Shown here piece after piece: positions 48,564 through 58,138 of a stretch of DNA of 60,707 nucleotides. The stretch spans positions 1 to 60,707 of the forward strand of contig CALCXY010000006.1 of assembly GCA_937906345.1 (NCBI GenBank), written 5' to 3'. Origin of the DNA: Candidatus Woesearchaeota archaeon (lineage in GTDB: Archaea; Nanobdellota; Nanobdellia; Woesearchaeales; CALCXY01). The position numbers and the translations under genes are program-made. The notes below the pieces were generated by a model. It was given only the letters and a program-made list of their open reading frames with translations, was not told where the DNA came from and ran no database searches. Each line of letters opens with the position of its first letter. Position 1 is the first letter of the stretch.

Positions 48564-50900
48564 TTATTTATACCCATGAATAAAAATCTCTTCTTTAAAG
48601 ACATGTTTTAATTTTTTGTAAGAAACGTGTAGTTTTGCTTTTTTGAAAGCATTTTCAACTTGTTTTTTATCATTAACAAATAAAGCATTTGGAGATACAT
48701 CAAGCATATGATGTTTGATATGGAAACAAAAATGACCTCCTGGTTTTAGAGTGTTATGTAATTGTTTTAAAAACGAATCAATATCTTTTACGTTTCCTAA
48801 CACTCCAAATCCTACAATTTTATCTGCTTTTTTAATCTGTTTGGGAATTGCCCAACCACTTACTTTAATTGGTGTAACTTTCTTTTTCTGATCTTTATGC
48901 ACTTTTTCTTTAAAAATTTCAAGCTCTACATCTGAGTTATGAACAGTATATACTTTTTTATATTTTATACCTTTACGATGGAGTAAGTGAGTAAAAATTC
49001 CTAATTCAGAATTCAAATCAACAACAACATGATTTTTATTAGGGGTTCCTACTAGATTCATAATATGATTAAATCGAGGAACATTTGTTCCCATTTGATG
49101 AAAGATATGTTTAAATCGAGCCATGGAGTCTTTTCTCATGGAAACATATTTATCATCATAAAATATTTCAATAAAGAAGTAAGCTGGAATACCAAACAGG
49201 ATAAGTGCTCCTGAGACTCTTAATACATCTAGTGCGCCATGGGTTTCGTGAATAAACATATATAATAAGAATCCCATAAAGAGAATTGTGAGCAAAGGTC
49301 CAATTTTTCCAAAAATAACACGATAGGGTCTTGGGATCATTGGTTGTCTTATTCTTAACATTACCACACTTAATAGAACTGCTGAATACACAAAAAGAAT
49401 CAAAGGAATAAGCATATGTAATAAGGTTTCATAATTTCCTGCACCTACAAAAATCAACCCTGATATGATTATTACTTGAAATACAATAGAAACATAAGGA
49501 CTTTTGTGTTTAGGATGAATTTTCCCAAACTGCACAAAAAATAATTTATCCTCAGCTAAACTCATTAATAATCGTGGTGCAGTTACTACCCAACACGCTA
49601 CTGCGCCAATAATAGAAACAAAAACTAATAATGTGAATATAATATTTCCTGCACCACCAAAATGAGCTTCTCCTAATGCACTTAGAGGGGCAGCGGTTTC
49701 TCCAAATTGTTCCCATGGGATAATTCCAATTGAAGTAGCTGCTAGTAAAAATGCTAACGCAGCAATTATTACTGTTCCCCAAATTAATGCTCGAGGCATT
49801 ACTTTAGATGGATTTTTAGTCTCAGCAGAAAGAAAGACAGCAGATTCCCATCCGAAAAAAGTTTCAGCTATGAAAAATATCGAAAGGATAATACTCATGC
49901 TAGGGAATACAAAAAATGGAGTTAAATTACTTAAATTAAATGAAAAGATATTTGGAATAAGGATAGCTATAACAGTTACAAAGGTTACAGCTGCAAAACT
50001 CACTAACATGACTGTTGAGGTTTGCATTCCTCTATATGCTACATAATTAAATAATACAAGTAAACCAATAGAGATTGGGACATACCATGCACTATATTCT
50101 AAAGGAATAAGGTATTGCATTGCACCTAATAAGAGCATAGCTATAGTTACAGAACCTGCTATTGATGTAGTCCATCCAATTACAAAACTCCAGAATCTTC
50201 CATAGGCTTGTTTGGCAAACTCATAAACTCCTCCTGCTTTTGGAAACATAGCCGTTAACTCAGAGAAACACATCGCTATATATACAGAGATTAAAGAGAG
50301 TATTCCCCATGAAATTAATGATGCTGGGCCAGCATGTTTTGCTCCAGCAGCTGTTAAGAACCAAATTCCTGTTCCCATGATTGAATTAATGGTTATTATT
50401 AAAATGACTTTAAAACTTAAAACTCCTTTCATCTCATGTTCATGAGGTTGTTTTTTTCTAATTTTACCAGGTTTCAAATGTTTTCTCATACGTAAAAATC
50501 TAGGTGCTCTTGCAACAAATCTTGTTAAACGAAGCAATCTACTAAATCTTACTAATTTAGCTGCTCTTCCAGCTCTCGCAATAATTCTTCCTCCTCTTAA
50601 AGCTCGAGTAAAAATTAAGTGATCTACACCTAAGAAAATTAGGTTAAAAGGAATAGTTGCTATAATATCTAGAAAATGTTTTCTTACATATGGGATTATG
50701 TGAGGGGTTTCAAACCAACGATAATACAAATCAATAGCAAAAATAGCAATTACTACGAAATCAAAGATGTCAATGAAAAATAAGTATTTAGAAGCATCAA
50801 AAAAGAGTTCCCAAATACTCACAACCATTAATAAAATAAGTAATGGAGGGATTAATATTTGGACTAAGCTATCTAACTTACTTTTTTCTATCTCAACCAC
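48564..50900 (-). CDS. three-part fusion: voltage-sensor-like S1-S4 domain, APC-family amino-acid permease, and a methyltransferase-like C-terminal domain
   Basis: - N-terminus: four TM helices ending in the S4-like RFSRLLRLTRFVARAPRFLRMRK
- middle: about 12 TM helices with APC-type GTGIW...AG.A/FSELTAMFPKAGG
- C-terminus: VVDLNSELG ... LKPGGHFCFH. Confidence 0.8.
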   Translation of the reverse strand: MVEIEKSKLDSLVQILIPPLLILLMVVSIWELFFDASKYLFFIDIFDFVVIAIFAIDLYYRWFETPHIIPYVRKHFLDIIATIPFNLIFLGVDHLIFTRALRGGRIIARAGRAAKLVRFSRLLRLTRFVARAPRFLRMRKHLKPGKIRKKQPHEHEMKGVLSFKVILIITINSIMGTGIWFLTAAGAKHAGPASLISWGILSLISVYIAMCFSELTAMFPKAGGVYEFAKQAYGRFWSFVIGWTTSIAGSVTIAMLLLGAMQYLIPLEYSAWYVPISIGLLVLFNYVAYRGMQTSTVMLVSFAAVTFVTVIAILIPNIFSFNLSNLTPFFVFPSMSIILSIFFIAETFFGWESAVFLSAETKNPSKVMPRALIWGTVIIAALAFLLAATSIGIIPWEQFGETAAPLSALGEAHFGGAGNIIFTLLVFVSIIGAVACWVVTAPRLLMSLAEDKLFFVQFGKIHPKHKSPYVSIVFQVIIISGLIFVGAGNYETLLHMLIPLILFVYSAVLLSVVMLRIRQPMIPRPYRVIFGKIGPLLTILFMGFLLYMFIHETHGALDVLRVSGALILFGIPAYFFIEIFYDDKYVSMRKDSMARFKHIFHQMGTNVPRFNHIMNLVGTPNKNHVVVDLNSELGIFTHLLHRKGIKYKKVYTVHNSDVELEIFKEKVHKDQKKKVTPIKVSGWAIPKQIKKADKIVGFGVLGNVKDIDSFLKQLHNTLKPGGHFCFHIKHHMLDVSPNALFVNDKKQVENAFKKAKLHVSYKKLKHVFKEEIFIHGYK

Positions 50901-50947
50901 CTCTTTTTAAGAATTTATAAAATTATGAGTATTTAAATGATGTGGTT

Positions 50948-51514
50948 TTACTTACCCATTAATTCCATTGCAGCTTGTTCTGATTCTGCAAACATTTCAT
51001 AAGGGAATATTTTAATATCCAATGGTTGAAAGTTATGTTTTTCTACTAATGTGTCAATTATGTTTCCCCAATGATTGTCATGAGCTTGTGCTAATTCTTT
51101 AAGTGTATCTTCACTCATTCTTTCATGAGGTGAGAATAATCTAAAAGAACGATTAACGATAAATGAAGGACCTTTGTATACCTGGTCTAATCTTCTTAAT
51201 ACAACTAATTCTGTATCATGATATCCTGGAGGGAGATCTACGTAAGTATTAGCTTTTTCAGATCGAGGATGAGGTATTTCTTTTCTTCTTTCATATATTT
51301 TTTCAACAGGTATTACTACATTTGGAATTCTAATACACTTATGAGTTTCAACTAAATTATCTATCATTTCTTGTTGAATAGGATAGAGGTCTCTCATTCC
51401 TCTTAATAAAGAAAAAAGTTGAAGAAGCTCTATACTTTTAGTAGCGATTAAATCTGTTTCTTGATAAGCTTGTTTATCTGTAAAAATTAATTTGTCTAAG
51501 ATTAATGGGATCAT
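50948..51514 (-). CDS. hypothetical protein
   Basis: ORF with no motif recognised. Confidence 0.5.
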   Translation of the reverse strand: MIPLILDKLIFTDKQAYQETDLIATKSIELLQLFSLLRGMRDLYPIQQEMIDNLVETHKCIRIPNVVIPVEKIYERRKEIPHPRSEKANTYVDLPPGYHDTELVVLRRLDQVYKGPSFIVNRSFRLFSPHERMSEDTLKELAQAHDNHWGNIIDTLVEKHNFQPLDIKIFPYEMFAESEQAAMELMGK

Positions 51515-51549
51515 TGTGTTGTGTTTTTTGGTATATATTTAAAGTTTTG

Positions 51550-51885
51550 TTAAGAAAATGCTAAATATGTTAGGATATATGATAATACTGCTATTGGTCC
51601 TAAAAAATTTCTTGCAGTTCTAAATCTTTTTTCATTTGTTTTTTGATACTGATGATGCATTACAATAGCACCAATAGTAGCAATAATATCTGCTGAGACA
51701 AAACATGTTTTTATACCTGCTTCTATATACAAATTAGGTTTGTGGGGTTCACTTTTTCCTATAACTTGTTCAGTTTTAATAGGCTCAAAAAATCCAATAG
51801 CAGGCAAAGTAGAACCTTTCACATACAACTCAATAGATCTATCATTTACATATTCTCTCGCTCTACGGTATGATTCTCGTATCAT
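51550..51885 (-). CDS. hypothetical membrane protein
   Basis: ORF with 2-3 hydrophobic segments. It has a 4-nt overlap with the upstream small ORF. Confidence 0.45.
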   Translation of the reverse strand: MIRESYRRAREYVNDRSIELYVKGSTLPAIGFFEPIKTEQVIGKSEPHKPNLYIEAGIKTCFVSADIIATIGAIVMHHQYQKTNEKRFRTARNFLGPIAVLSYILTYLAFS

Positions 51886-52082
51886 TTTTCTTCATTTCTT
51901 CTTGATCTACGTACAATTCCAAATTCATTATACATTTCTTCTTTATAGGCCTCTGAGATTGGATCATTATAATCTTTTTGGTCATCATCAATAACTTCTG
52001 CATCTTTAGCAGTTTCTTCTAGCTCTGATTCGTCTTCAGCTTCAATAGCTTCGATGGTTTCTTTTAATTCTTCATCACTCAT
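51882..52082 (-). CDS. small acidic protein
   Basis: 66-aa ORF rich in Glu and Asp, positioned 3 nt after the signal peptidase gene. Confidence 0.4.
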   Translation of the reverse strand: MSDEELKETIEAIEAEDESELEETAKDAEVIDDDQKDYNDPISEAYKEEMYNEFGIVRRSRRNEEK

Positions 52083-52085
52083 TTT

Positions 52086-52625
52086 TTAATATAGGATTCC
52101 TACAACAACTCTTTGAATTTGGTTGAAACGGATTTTTCCAGGATCTTCAAAATCAATATTATCTCCTTTAACACGAGCAAACCAAGAACCATCATTTCCT
52201 ATTTCTACAATTCTATGAATAATAATGCCTTCAGCTTGATTTGAGATATAAGAAATAATATCTCCTGCTTGTAAATCATTAGCTGATTCTGGAGTTATTT
52301 CTATTGCGTTTGTTCCTTGATCTAAAACAGGATCCATAGAATTAGTATCAGTAAATTTTGCCCATTGAGCGTTTTCTAAGTTGATAATAACTTGGTCTTT
52401 TGTAACTATGATTTGATCTTCTTTGATTCTATCTGCAGGGCTTGGTTTTTCAGGTATTTGAAATAAACTTTCATAGAATACTTGTTGTAGCTGTGAAGAT
52501 GTATTTGGTTTGAATATATCAAAAACAGAATTTTCAGATGATGGAATTACTAAAGAAAAACCAGTATGACTAAACCATCCTAATAAGAATAATGCTAACA
52601 TTAAAACTATTAATCGTTTATTCAT
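52086..52625 (-). CDS. signal peptidase I (S26 family, archaeal/Sec11-like)
   Basis: N-terminal TM helix, SMDP (catalytic Ser motif), GDIISY.....G.IIHRIV and KGDN motifs. Confidence 0.7.
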   Translation of the reverse strand: MNKRLIVLMLALFLLGWFSHTGFSLVIPSSENSVFDIFKPNTSSQLQQVFYESLFQIPEKPSPADRIKEDQIIVTKDQVIINLENAQWAKFTDTNSMDPVLDQGTNAIEITPESANDLQAGDIISYISNQAEGIIIHRIVEIGNDGSWFARVKGDNIDFEDPGKIRFNQIQRVVVGILY

Positions 52626-52692
52626 TAAAATCCCCAACGTTAGTACTTTAAAGTGGTGTTTTTATATATAAGTGTATGGGTTTTTTAAGTAA

Positions 52693-53406
52693 TTATTTCT
52701 TAGAAGTAGGGACTGTTTCAAGTAATCGTTTTACTCTGTTTTCTAGAGCAGGGAATAATGTTTTTGATTTATTAAGGTACATTTTAGCTTCTTCATATTT
52801 TTTAGCAACTAAGCAAGCTTTACCATATTCAAAGACATATTTAACCGATTCAGGACTTAATTCCATGGCAGATTTAAGTAATTCAACACCTTCCTTGATT
52901 TTTTCATCTTGTAAAAATAAATTTCCTAAATTTGAATGAAATACAGGGCTTTTATCATTTATTTCAATTGCTTTAATATACATTTCCCTGGCTTTTGTTA
53001 TGTGAAATGTATATAATTCTGATAATGTTAATTGTTCTCCATATAATTTTTCTGCTTGGTCTTTACCTATTTCTTGTGAGTCTTTTGGTATCTCTGTTGC
53101 TATGCTTTTTAATCTCTTATAGAGTTTTGCAATTCTAAAATGGTGTACTCCTACATTGCTTAATGCATTGCTATATGCTCTTTTGTTCCTAGGTGCATAT
53201 TTCAAGCCTAATTTTGCAGTTTCAAGAGCAGCTTCTAAATTTTTGTTTTTTGATTGATATTTAGCTGCTTCAAAATACTCTTGAGATAATTTTGCCCACA
53301 AATCATCTTCTTCTGTGTAAGTTTCTCTTATAATAGGGGCGGGTTTATTTTCTTTAGGAAAATCTATAGGTTTCCAGAATAAACACGCTAAAATCAAGTC
53401 TAACAT
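52693..53406 (-). CDS. TPR-repeat protein
   Basis: Several A..Y..A......P......N.G...... repeats, for example AKMYLNKS / AMELSPES / AIEINDKSPVFHSNLGNLF. Confidence 0.7.
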   Translation of the reverse strand: MLDLILACLFWKPIDFPKENKPAPIIRETYTEEDDLWAKLSQEYFEAAKYQSKNKNLEAALETAKLGLKYAPRNKRAYSNALSNVGVHHFRIAKLYKRLKSIATEIPKDSQEIGKDQAEKLYGEQLTLSELYTFHITKAREMYIKAIEINDKSPVFHSNLGNLFLQDEKIKEGVELLKSAMELSPESVKYVFEYGKACLVAKKYEEAKMYLNKSKTLFPALENRVKRLLETVPTSKK

Positions 53407-53584
53407 GAGGTTATAGTTTCATTTGTTAATATAAATCTTTAGTTTTTTAGAAAAGTGTCCTTCAAGCTGTGAGAGACCAACAAATATAGATTGCGCACAG
53501 CGCTTTGGTAACATTTGAGCCTCTTTCAGATGAAGGACAAGTATAGAATGTTTGGGTGTTATATAAATGTTGTTTATTTTACTC

Positions 53585-53848
53585 CTACTTATAAATCCGA
53601 TCATGATGATCAAACTCTTCAAATATTACATTTTTATTATCTTCATCTACAGAAAAAACAAGAACAAAACTTTTATCAATGTGAACTCTTTTTAGGTGTT
53701 GTGAAGGTTTTCTTAAATTTTTATAATGATGAGGGTTTTTGATTATTTCTCTAATTTTATTAAATACTATATTAAATTGATTAGGATTTTTCTTTTTTAA
53801 TTTAAGTAATACTTTATCTAATTGTTCTTTAATGTCAAAAGAATACAT
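53585..53848 (-). CDS. RelE/ParE-superfamily toxin
   Basis: ...KI.EII.NPHHYK.L......LKRVHIDKSFVLVF.VDE....V.F..FDHHD.IY matches the RelE/YoeB-like pattern. It starts immediately after the antitoxin stop. Confidence 0.7.
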   Translation of the reverse strand: MYSFDIKEQLDKVLLKLKKKNPNQFNIVFNKIREIIKNPHHYKNLRKPSQHLKRVHIDKSFVLVFSVDEDNKNVIFEEFDHHDRIYK

Positions 53849-54091
53849 TTACTTCATACCATATCTCTTTTTAAAATTTTCAATGGAGCCTATTTTAACA
53901 GTCTTTTGCTTAGAAATTTTTTTCATTTTTTGAATAAACTCAGGCCTTAATTCAGGTTCATCTTGGTCTTCAATAAATTTATCAACAACGTATTGAATAG
54001 CCTCTCCTTTATCTTTTAATCCATTTGTAGCTTTTACTACATTTAATACCCTATTTGTATTATCATCCAGTTTTACAAGTGCGTTTACCAT
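53849..54091 (-). CDS. antitoxin partner (80 aa)
   Basis: Small ORF directly abutting the toxin gene: VKLDDNTNRVLNVVKA..GLKDKGEAIQYVV. Confidence 0.5.
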   Translation of the reverse strand: MVNALVKLDDNTNRVLNVVKATNGLKDKGEAIQYVVDKFIEDQDEPELRPEFIQKMKKISKQKTVKIGSIENFKKRYGMK

Positions 54092-54404
54092 TTTAGTTGA
54101 ACTAAGTCGAGCTTATTTATAAAGTTTTTGGTTTTAAAGAAGGTATGCCCCCGCCGGACATAAGAATTCAAATACACATCCCATTCTTTGTTGTTTCTTA
54201 ACTCTCTTTATAGTATAACTGCTATTTATACTCTTCTATTTGGTGTTGCTCTTAAGCAGTAGGAGATTCCATCCTTAGATAAGAAATTCTTTAATACGAC
54301 TTTCTGAGAATGCTGAGATCATATTTCATGAAATTTATTTTAACGTATCCGTTACATACTTTTTGTTAAATGCTTTATTATATTTTTTTGTCTTATAGAG
54401 ATTT

Positions 54405-54548
54405 ATGAAAAATTGTAAGACTTGCGGAAAGTTTCTCAAGAACTCTGAAAAAAGATATTGCAAGACGTGCTGTTCTTTTCATAAGTATAAGTATTCTGAC
54501 AAGCAGAGAAGAAAGCTGGAGCGAGCATATGAGAGGTGTAGTAAATGA
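54405..54548 (+). CDS. 47-aa zinc-ribbon protein translationally coupled to dcm
   Basis: Not in the ORF track. MKNCKTCGKFLKNSEKRYCKTCCSFHKYKYSDKQRRKLERAYERCSK has two CxxC pairs, and its stop overlaps the dcm ATG (ATGA at 54545-54548). Confidence 0.5.
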   Translation: MKNCKTCGKFLKNSEKRYCKTCCSFHKYKYSDKQRRKLERAYERCSK

Positions 54549-55474
54549 AGCCGAGTGTGCTTGATCTTTTTGCGGGTTGTGGTGGTCTGAGTTATGGTTT
54601 TCAAAAAGCAGGGTGTAGTATAGAGGGATTTGTGGAGTCATGGAAGCCGGCAATAACAACATTTCTGCATAACCACCCTAAGGCGTTGCATCTCGGCTCT
54701 GATATCACTAAAGTATCAGATGCAGCTCTTCTGACATGGAAGGGCAAGGTTGATATTATTGTCGGTGGTCCACCCTGCCAAGGCTTTAGTATGTGTGGTA
54801 AAAGAGACCCACACGACAAAAGAAACCAATTGTACAAGGAATTTATCAGATGTGTAGCATTCATCAATCCTAAAGTTGTAGTGATGGAAAACGTGGCTGG
54901 TATGCTGAGCATGGAGGATAAAGATGGAGAAAAAATCCTGCTTAAAATTATTGATGATCTTATCCAGATGGATTATTTTGTGTCTTATCGGAAGCTGAAC
55001 GCTGCTGAGTTTGGAATTCCTCAAAATAGAGAACGTATTTTTATCATTGCAGTAAAGCTGAGCTTGTTTCCTATTCCTACGTTTGAGAAAAAGACTACTA
55101 TGGAGGCTATTCAAGACCTTCCTGAGCATGAGCATTGGATCAATGGGCATATCCTCTTTGATACCACTCCAGAGACGCTGGAAAAGATTAAGAAGTTAAA
55201 GTCGGGAGAAAAATTATACTCTACTTTTAATTTTGGGAGGCAAAGATTGCGTCCAGACAAGCCTTCCAGAACTGTTCCTACTAATCCTATTTTTATCCAT
55301 CCAGAGTATGATCGTTTTCTTACTCCTAGAGAAATGGCTCGATTGCAGAGTTTCCCGGACGATTTTACGTTTTGCGGGACAAAAACAGATATGGCTACTA
55401 TGATTGGGAATGCTGTTCCACCAAGGCTATCTCAAAAAATAGCATCTACAATTTGCGAGAGTGGTATCCTATGA
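54545..55474 (+). CDS. dcm: DNA (cytosine-5)-methyltransferase
   Basis: Motif I DLFAGCGG, motif IV GGPPCQGFS, motif VI ENV, motif VIII QNRERIF and motif X GNAVPP. Confidence 0.95.
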   Translation: MKPSVLDLFAGCGGLSYGFQKAGCSIEGFVESWKPAITTFLHNHPKALHLGSDITKVSDAALLTWKGKVDIIVGGPPCQGFSMCGKRDPHDKRNQLYKEFIRCVAFINPKVVVMENVAGMLSMEDKDGEKILLKIIDDLIQMDYFVSYRKLNAAEFGIPQNRERIFIIAVKLSLFPIPTFEKKTTMEAIQDLPEHEHWINGHILFDTTPETLEKIKKLKSGEKLYSTFNFGRQRLRPDKPSRTVPTNPIFIHPEYDRFLTPREMARLQSFPDDFTFCGTKTDMATMIGNAVPPRLSQKIASTICESGIL

Positions 55475-55776
55475 TAAAGGAACTGGAAGTTACAATGCTC
55501 TTTTTCATGACCTACATACCTTTGAGTACAGTCTTATGGATAATTGAGCAAAGAACCCTCATGGAATTAGCAGTCATACAGTTGATAGGATTAATTATCA
55601 TTCTTTGCTATTTGGTTGCAAGTATTGTTCTTTTTGAGTATCATAGGATGAAAAGAATTAGCAATAAAAAATCATCTGTACCTCAGATTAGCTATCATCC
55701 AAACGTTGATGAGTTTCTTGCTTTCCGAAAATTATTCTCAAAAAAACAAGAGGTGAAGAAAAATGAACAAACTTAG
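55471..55776 (+). CDS. small membrane protein (2 TM helices)
   Basis: Its ATG overlaps the dcm stop (ATGA at 55471-55474). Two hydrophobic helices are followed by a basic tail. Confidence 0.55.
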   Translation: MIKELEVTMLFFMTYIPLSTVLWIIEQRTLMELAVIQLIGLIIILCYLVASIVLFEYHRMKRISNKKSSVPQISYHPNVDEFLAFRKLFSKKQEVKKNEQT

Positions 55777-56092
55777 AATACTCATATTGTATACCCTGCT
55801 ATTGGTAATACCAATGTCCTTGGCAGCTATAGACTTTGACGCTGAACTTACACCAGAGGAAGAGCAGCAATTTGATCAAATCCTTGAGCCTGTGATGAAA
55901 ATTTACAAGTTTTTCAAGTATGCGGCAACAGTTGTAGGTGTGTTAATGCTTGTTTTTGCTGCCATAACTCTGGCTACCTCAGGCGGTGATACAGGAAAGA
56001 AGGAAAAGGCAAAGTTAACCATAATGGCTGTTATTGGCGCTCTTGTCCTGATCTGGGTAGCTCCATTCGTAGTTACTGCAATCTTTGGATAA
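55763..56092 (+). CDS. VirB2/TrbC-like pilin candidate (109 aa)
   Basis: Signal peptide ending SLAA, then two hydrophobic helices separated by the short basic loop SGGDTGKKEKAK. Size and topology fit T4SS pilins. Confidence 0.5.
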   Translation: MNKLRILILYTLLLVIPMSLAAIDFDAELTPEEEQQFDQILEPVMKIYKFFKYAATVVGVLMLVFAAITLATSGGDTGKKEKAKLTIMAVIGALVLIWVAPFVVTAIFG

Positions 56093-56094
56093 TC

Positions 56095-58134
56095 ATGAAA
56101 CCACTCTCAACACTATTCATTGTATTATTTTTAGTTCCACTGGTAAGTGCTTTTCCCTGTGATCAAATTAATGATATAAGCTATTGTAAAGAAATTGTTG
56201 ATCTCAATCTCACAGTTACGGAAAGGGATAATCTCTATTCTGCCTTGCTCTACGATCAGCATACTATTCCTAATCATACTTTTGTAAAGAATTATAATCT
56301 AGGAATAGAAGTAACATCTCCTCCAGATAATACAACTCTCCATAGCTCTGATTTTATCAAAGATGCATGGCTACGATTCCTCTCTGTTTTTCCTTCTGTG
56401 TATGAGAACTCAACCTTATATGTGAATGAGAATATAGAGGCAGTAAGTGCTTTTGATTACTTGATTGAACTACCTCCAGACTATAAATCCCAACGACATC
56501 CAGAGACCCGTCAAGGAGATTGTAAAAGACAATATACTTTAGTATCCGAAGAGCAACAACTCAATTATTATGATGATGGAATTCTGAAAGGACAGAATAA
56601 ACACTCCTTTTTTAGTATAGAACAGGATGGACCTATTGAAGCTAGGCTAACAATAAAAGCAACTGTTCAAGTAAGGCATTATCAGTGGAAGCTACACAAA
56701 AAAGGAAAGAGACGCTATCATCGTTGTGAATATCATCATACTGACACGATTACAGATACTTTGAAGATTTCAGATACGATAACAGTAAGCGTTTATACTA
56801 AGGAACCTTCAATAAGCCTGTATGTACATGATGAGTATTTTGATACGCTTAAAGGAAGCTTTGTTGGAGCAGACTTCAGTTTGTTGAAGCTAATCTTCAA
56901 CAATGCAAGCTTACTTCATCAGAAGTATTGGTATGATGTTGTTTTTAGCCACAAGCCTTACTATTTTGCTACGTTTAGAACCCATCCTGTTTCCCGTATC
57001 ACACCATATAATCTCTTCTTTAGTAATGGATCGTATTTTGTTAAAAGCTTTGATACGTGTGACGTATGGGCTTTGGACTATTTTGATGAGTATATGCTTC
57101 CTTGTAATTTCATTACTGATCAGGATATTGTTGAGCCCTTAGTAATTCCAGAAAAGGATATAGATATTGATCTCTTGATTAAGATTATTTTCTTTCTTGT
57201 GTTTTTAGCTTTTTTTTATATGCTCGGTAAGGCACAGTTTGGTAAGCTTAATCTTCTTTTTATCTTATTAATTTTGGTTTTGCCTTTTGTTGCTGCTGAG
57301 GAGCAGGAAAAATGTGGCATTACAAATCTTGCTTCTTGTATTCCTGAGAAAATTTACAATTTTCTGCTTGTTATCATCAATATTACAATTATTCCTTTGT
57401 TGGCAGGAATTAAATCTTTGTTATTGGCTGATGTTCAGATTGACTTGTTTTATCATGTCTGGAGTGTGATACGCTACTTGCTAAGCTTTTTTTACTTGTT
57501 CATCTTTGTCTATGCAGGATATATTTATCTGTTCTCTGGGAGTAGTCCTATGAAGCGTGCACAGGCTAAAGACATGGTGCAGAACACACTGATTATGATT
57601 GTGCTTGTGCAAGCGTCCTTCTATCTCTATGGTCTGATATTGGATTTGAGCATTGCATTAAACAGTACGTTTGTAGGTTTTATTGATCCTCATTTTTTCT
57701 TACTGACTGCTGATAATATTGTTAATATAGGTTTGCAGTTTGTGTTTGGAGGAGTGTATATGCTTGTCTTGTTGGGCACATTGCTTCTTTTAGTGATTCG
57801 CTATATTGTGGTGTGTTTTGGTGTAGTAATCTTACCCTTTGGGCTGTTCTGCATGGTTGTTCCTCCCCTGAAAAGCTTTGGACAGTTTATCATGGAAGTG
57901 TTAGGATGGTTTATCTTTATTACGTTCATTGATTTGCTTATTATTTTTGTATGTAGTTTAATAATTCAAGTTTCGTTGTTTGAGAATTTCAAGATTCTTG
58001 TGATGATTGCTTGTTTTTCTATCGTGAATTATACTCTTTGGCTAACTATTAAGCTAGTGCTGCATCGTTCAGCCAATTTTTCAGTAAAAGAGAGCATTAA
58101 GCAAACTGCAAAATACCTTGCTCTTGCATTGTAA
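56095..58134 (+). CDS. VirB6/TrbL-like polytopic membrane protein with a large N-terminal extracellular domain
   Basis: Signal peptide, a soluble region of about 350 aa, then about 7-8 TM helices. It sits between the pilin-like and VirB4-like genes. Confidence 0.5.
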   Translation: MKPLSTLFIVLFLVPLVSAFPCDQINDISYCKEIVDLNLTVTERDNLYSALLYDQHTIPNHTFVKNYNLGIEVTSPPDNTTLHSSDFIKDAWLRFLSVFPSVYENSTLYVNENIEAVSAFDYLIELPPDYKSQRHPETRQGDCKRQYTLVSEEQQLNYYDDGILKGQNKHSFFSIEQDGPIEARLTIKATVQVRHYQWKLHKKGKRRYHRCEYHHTDTITDTLKISDTITVSVYTKEPSISLYVHDEYFDTLKGSFVGADFSLLKLIFNNASLLHQKYWYDVVFSHKPYYFATFRTHPVSRITPYNLFFSNGSYFVKSFDTCDVWALDYFDEYMLPCNFITDQDIVEPLVIPEKDIDIDLLIKIIFFLVFLAFFYMLGKAQFGKLNLLFILLILVLPFVAAEEQEKCGITNLASCIPEKIYNFLLVIINITIIPLLAGIKSLLLADVQIDLFYHVWSVIRYLLSFFYLFIFVYAGYIYLFSGSSPMKRAQAKDMVQNTLIMIVLVQASFYLYGLILDLSIALNSTFVGFIDPHFFLLTADNIVNIGLQFVFGGVYMLVLLGTLLLLVIRYIVVCFGVVILPFGLFCMVVPPLKSFGQFIMEVLGWFIFITFIDLLIIFVCSLIIQVSLFENFKILVMIACFSIVNYTLWLTIKLVLHRSANFSVKESIKQTAKYLALAL

Positions 58135-58138
58135 AAAA

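Noticed and set aside
53419-53742. 67-aa and 75-aa ORFs around the TPR/toxin junction
   Set aside because: They overlap the RelE-like gene or the intergenic region in other frames, with no motifs or start signals.
54601-55150. 103-aa and 144-aa minus-strand ORFs
   Set aside because: They are antisense to dcm, whose motifs I, IV, VI, VIII and X are all intact on the plus strand.
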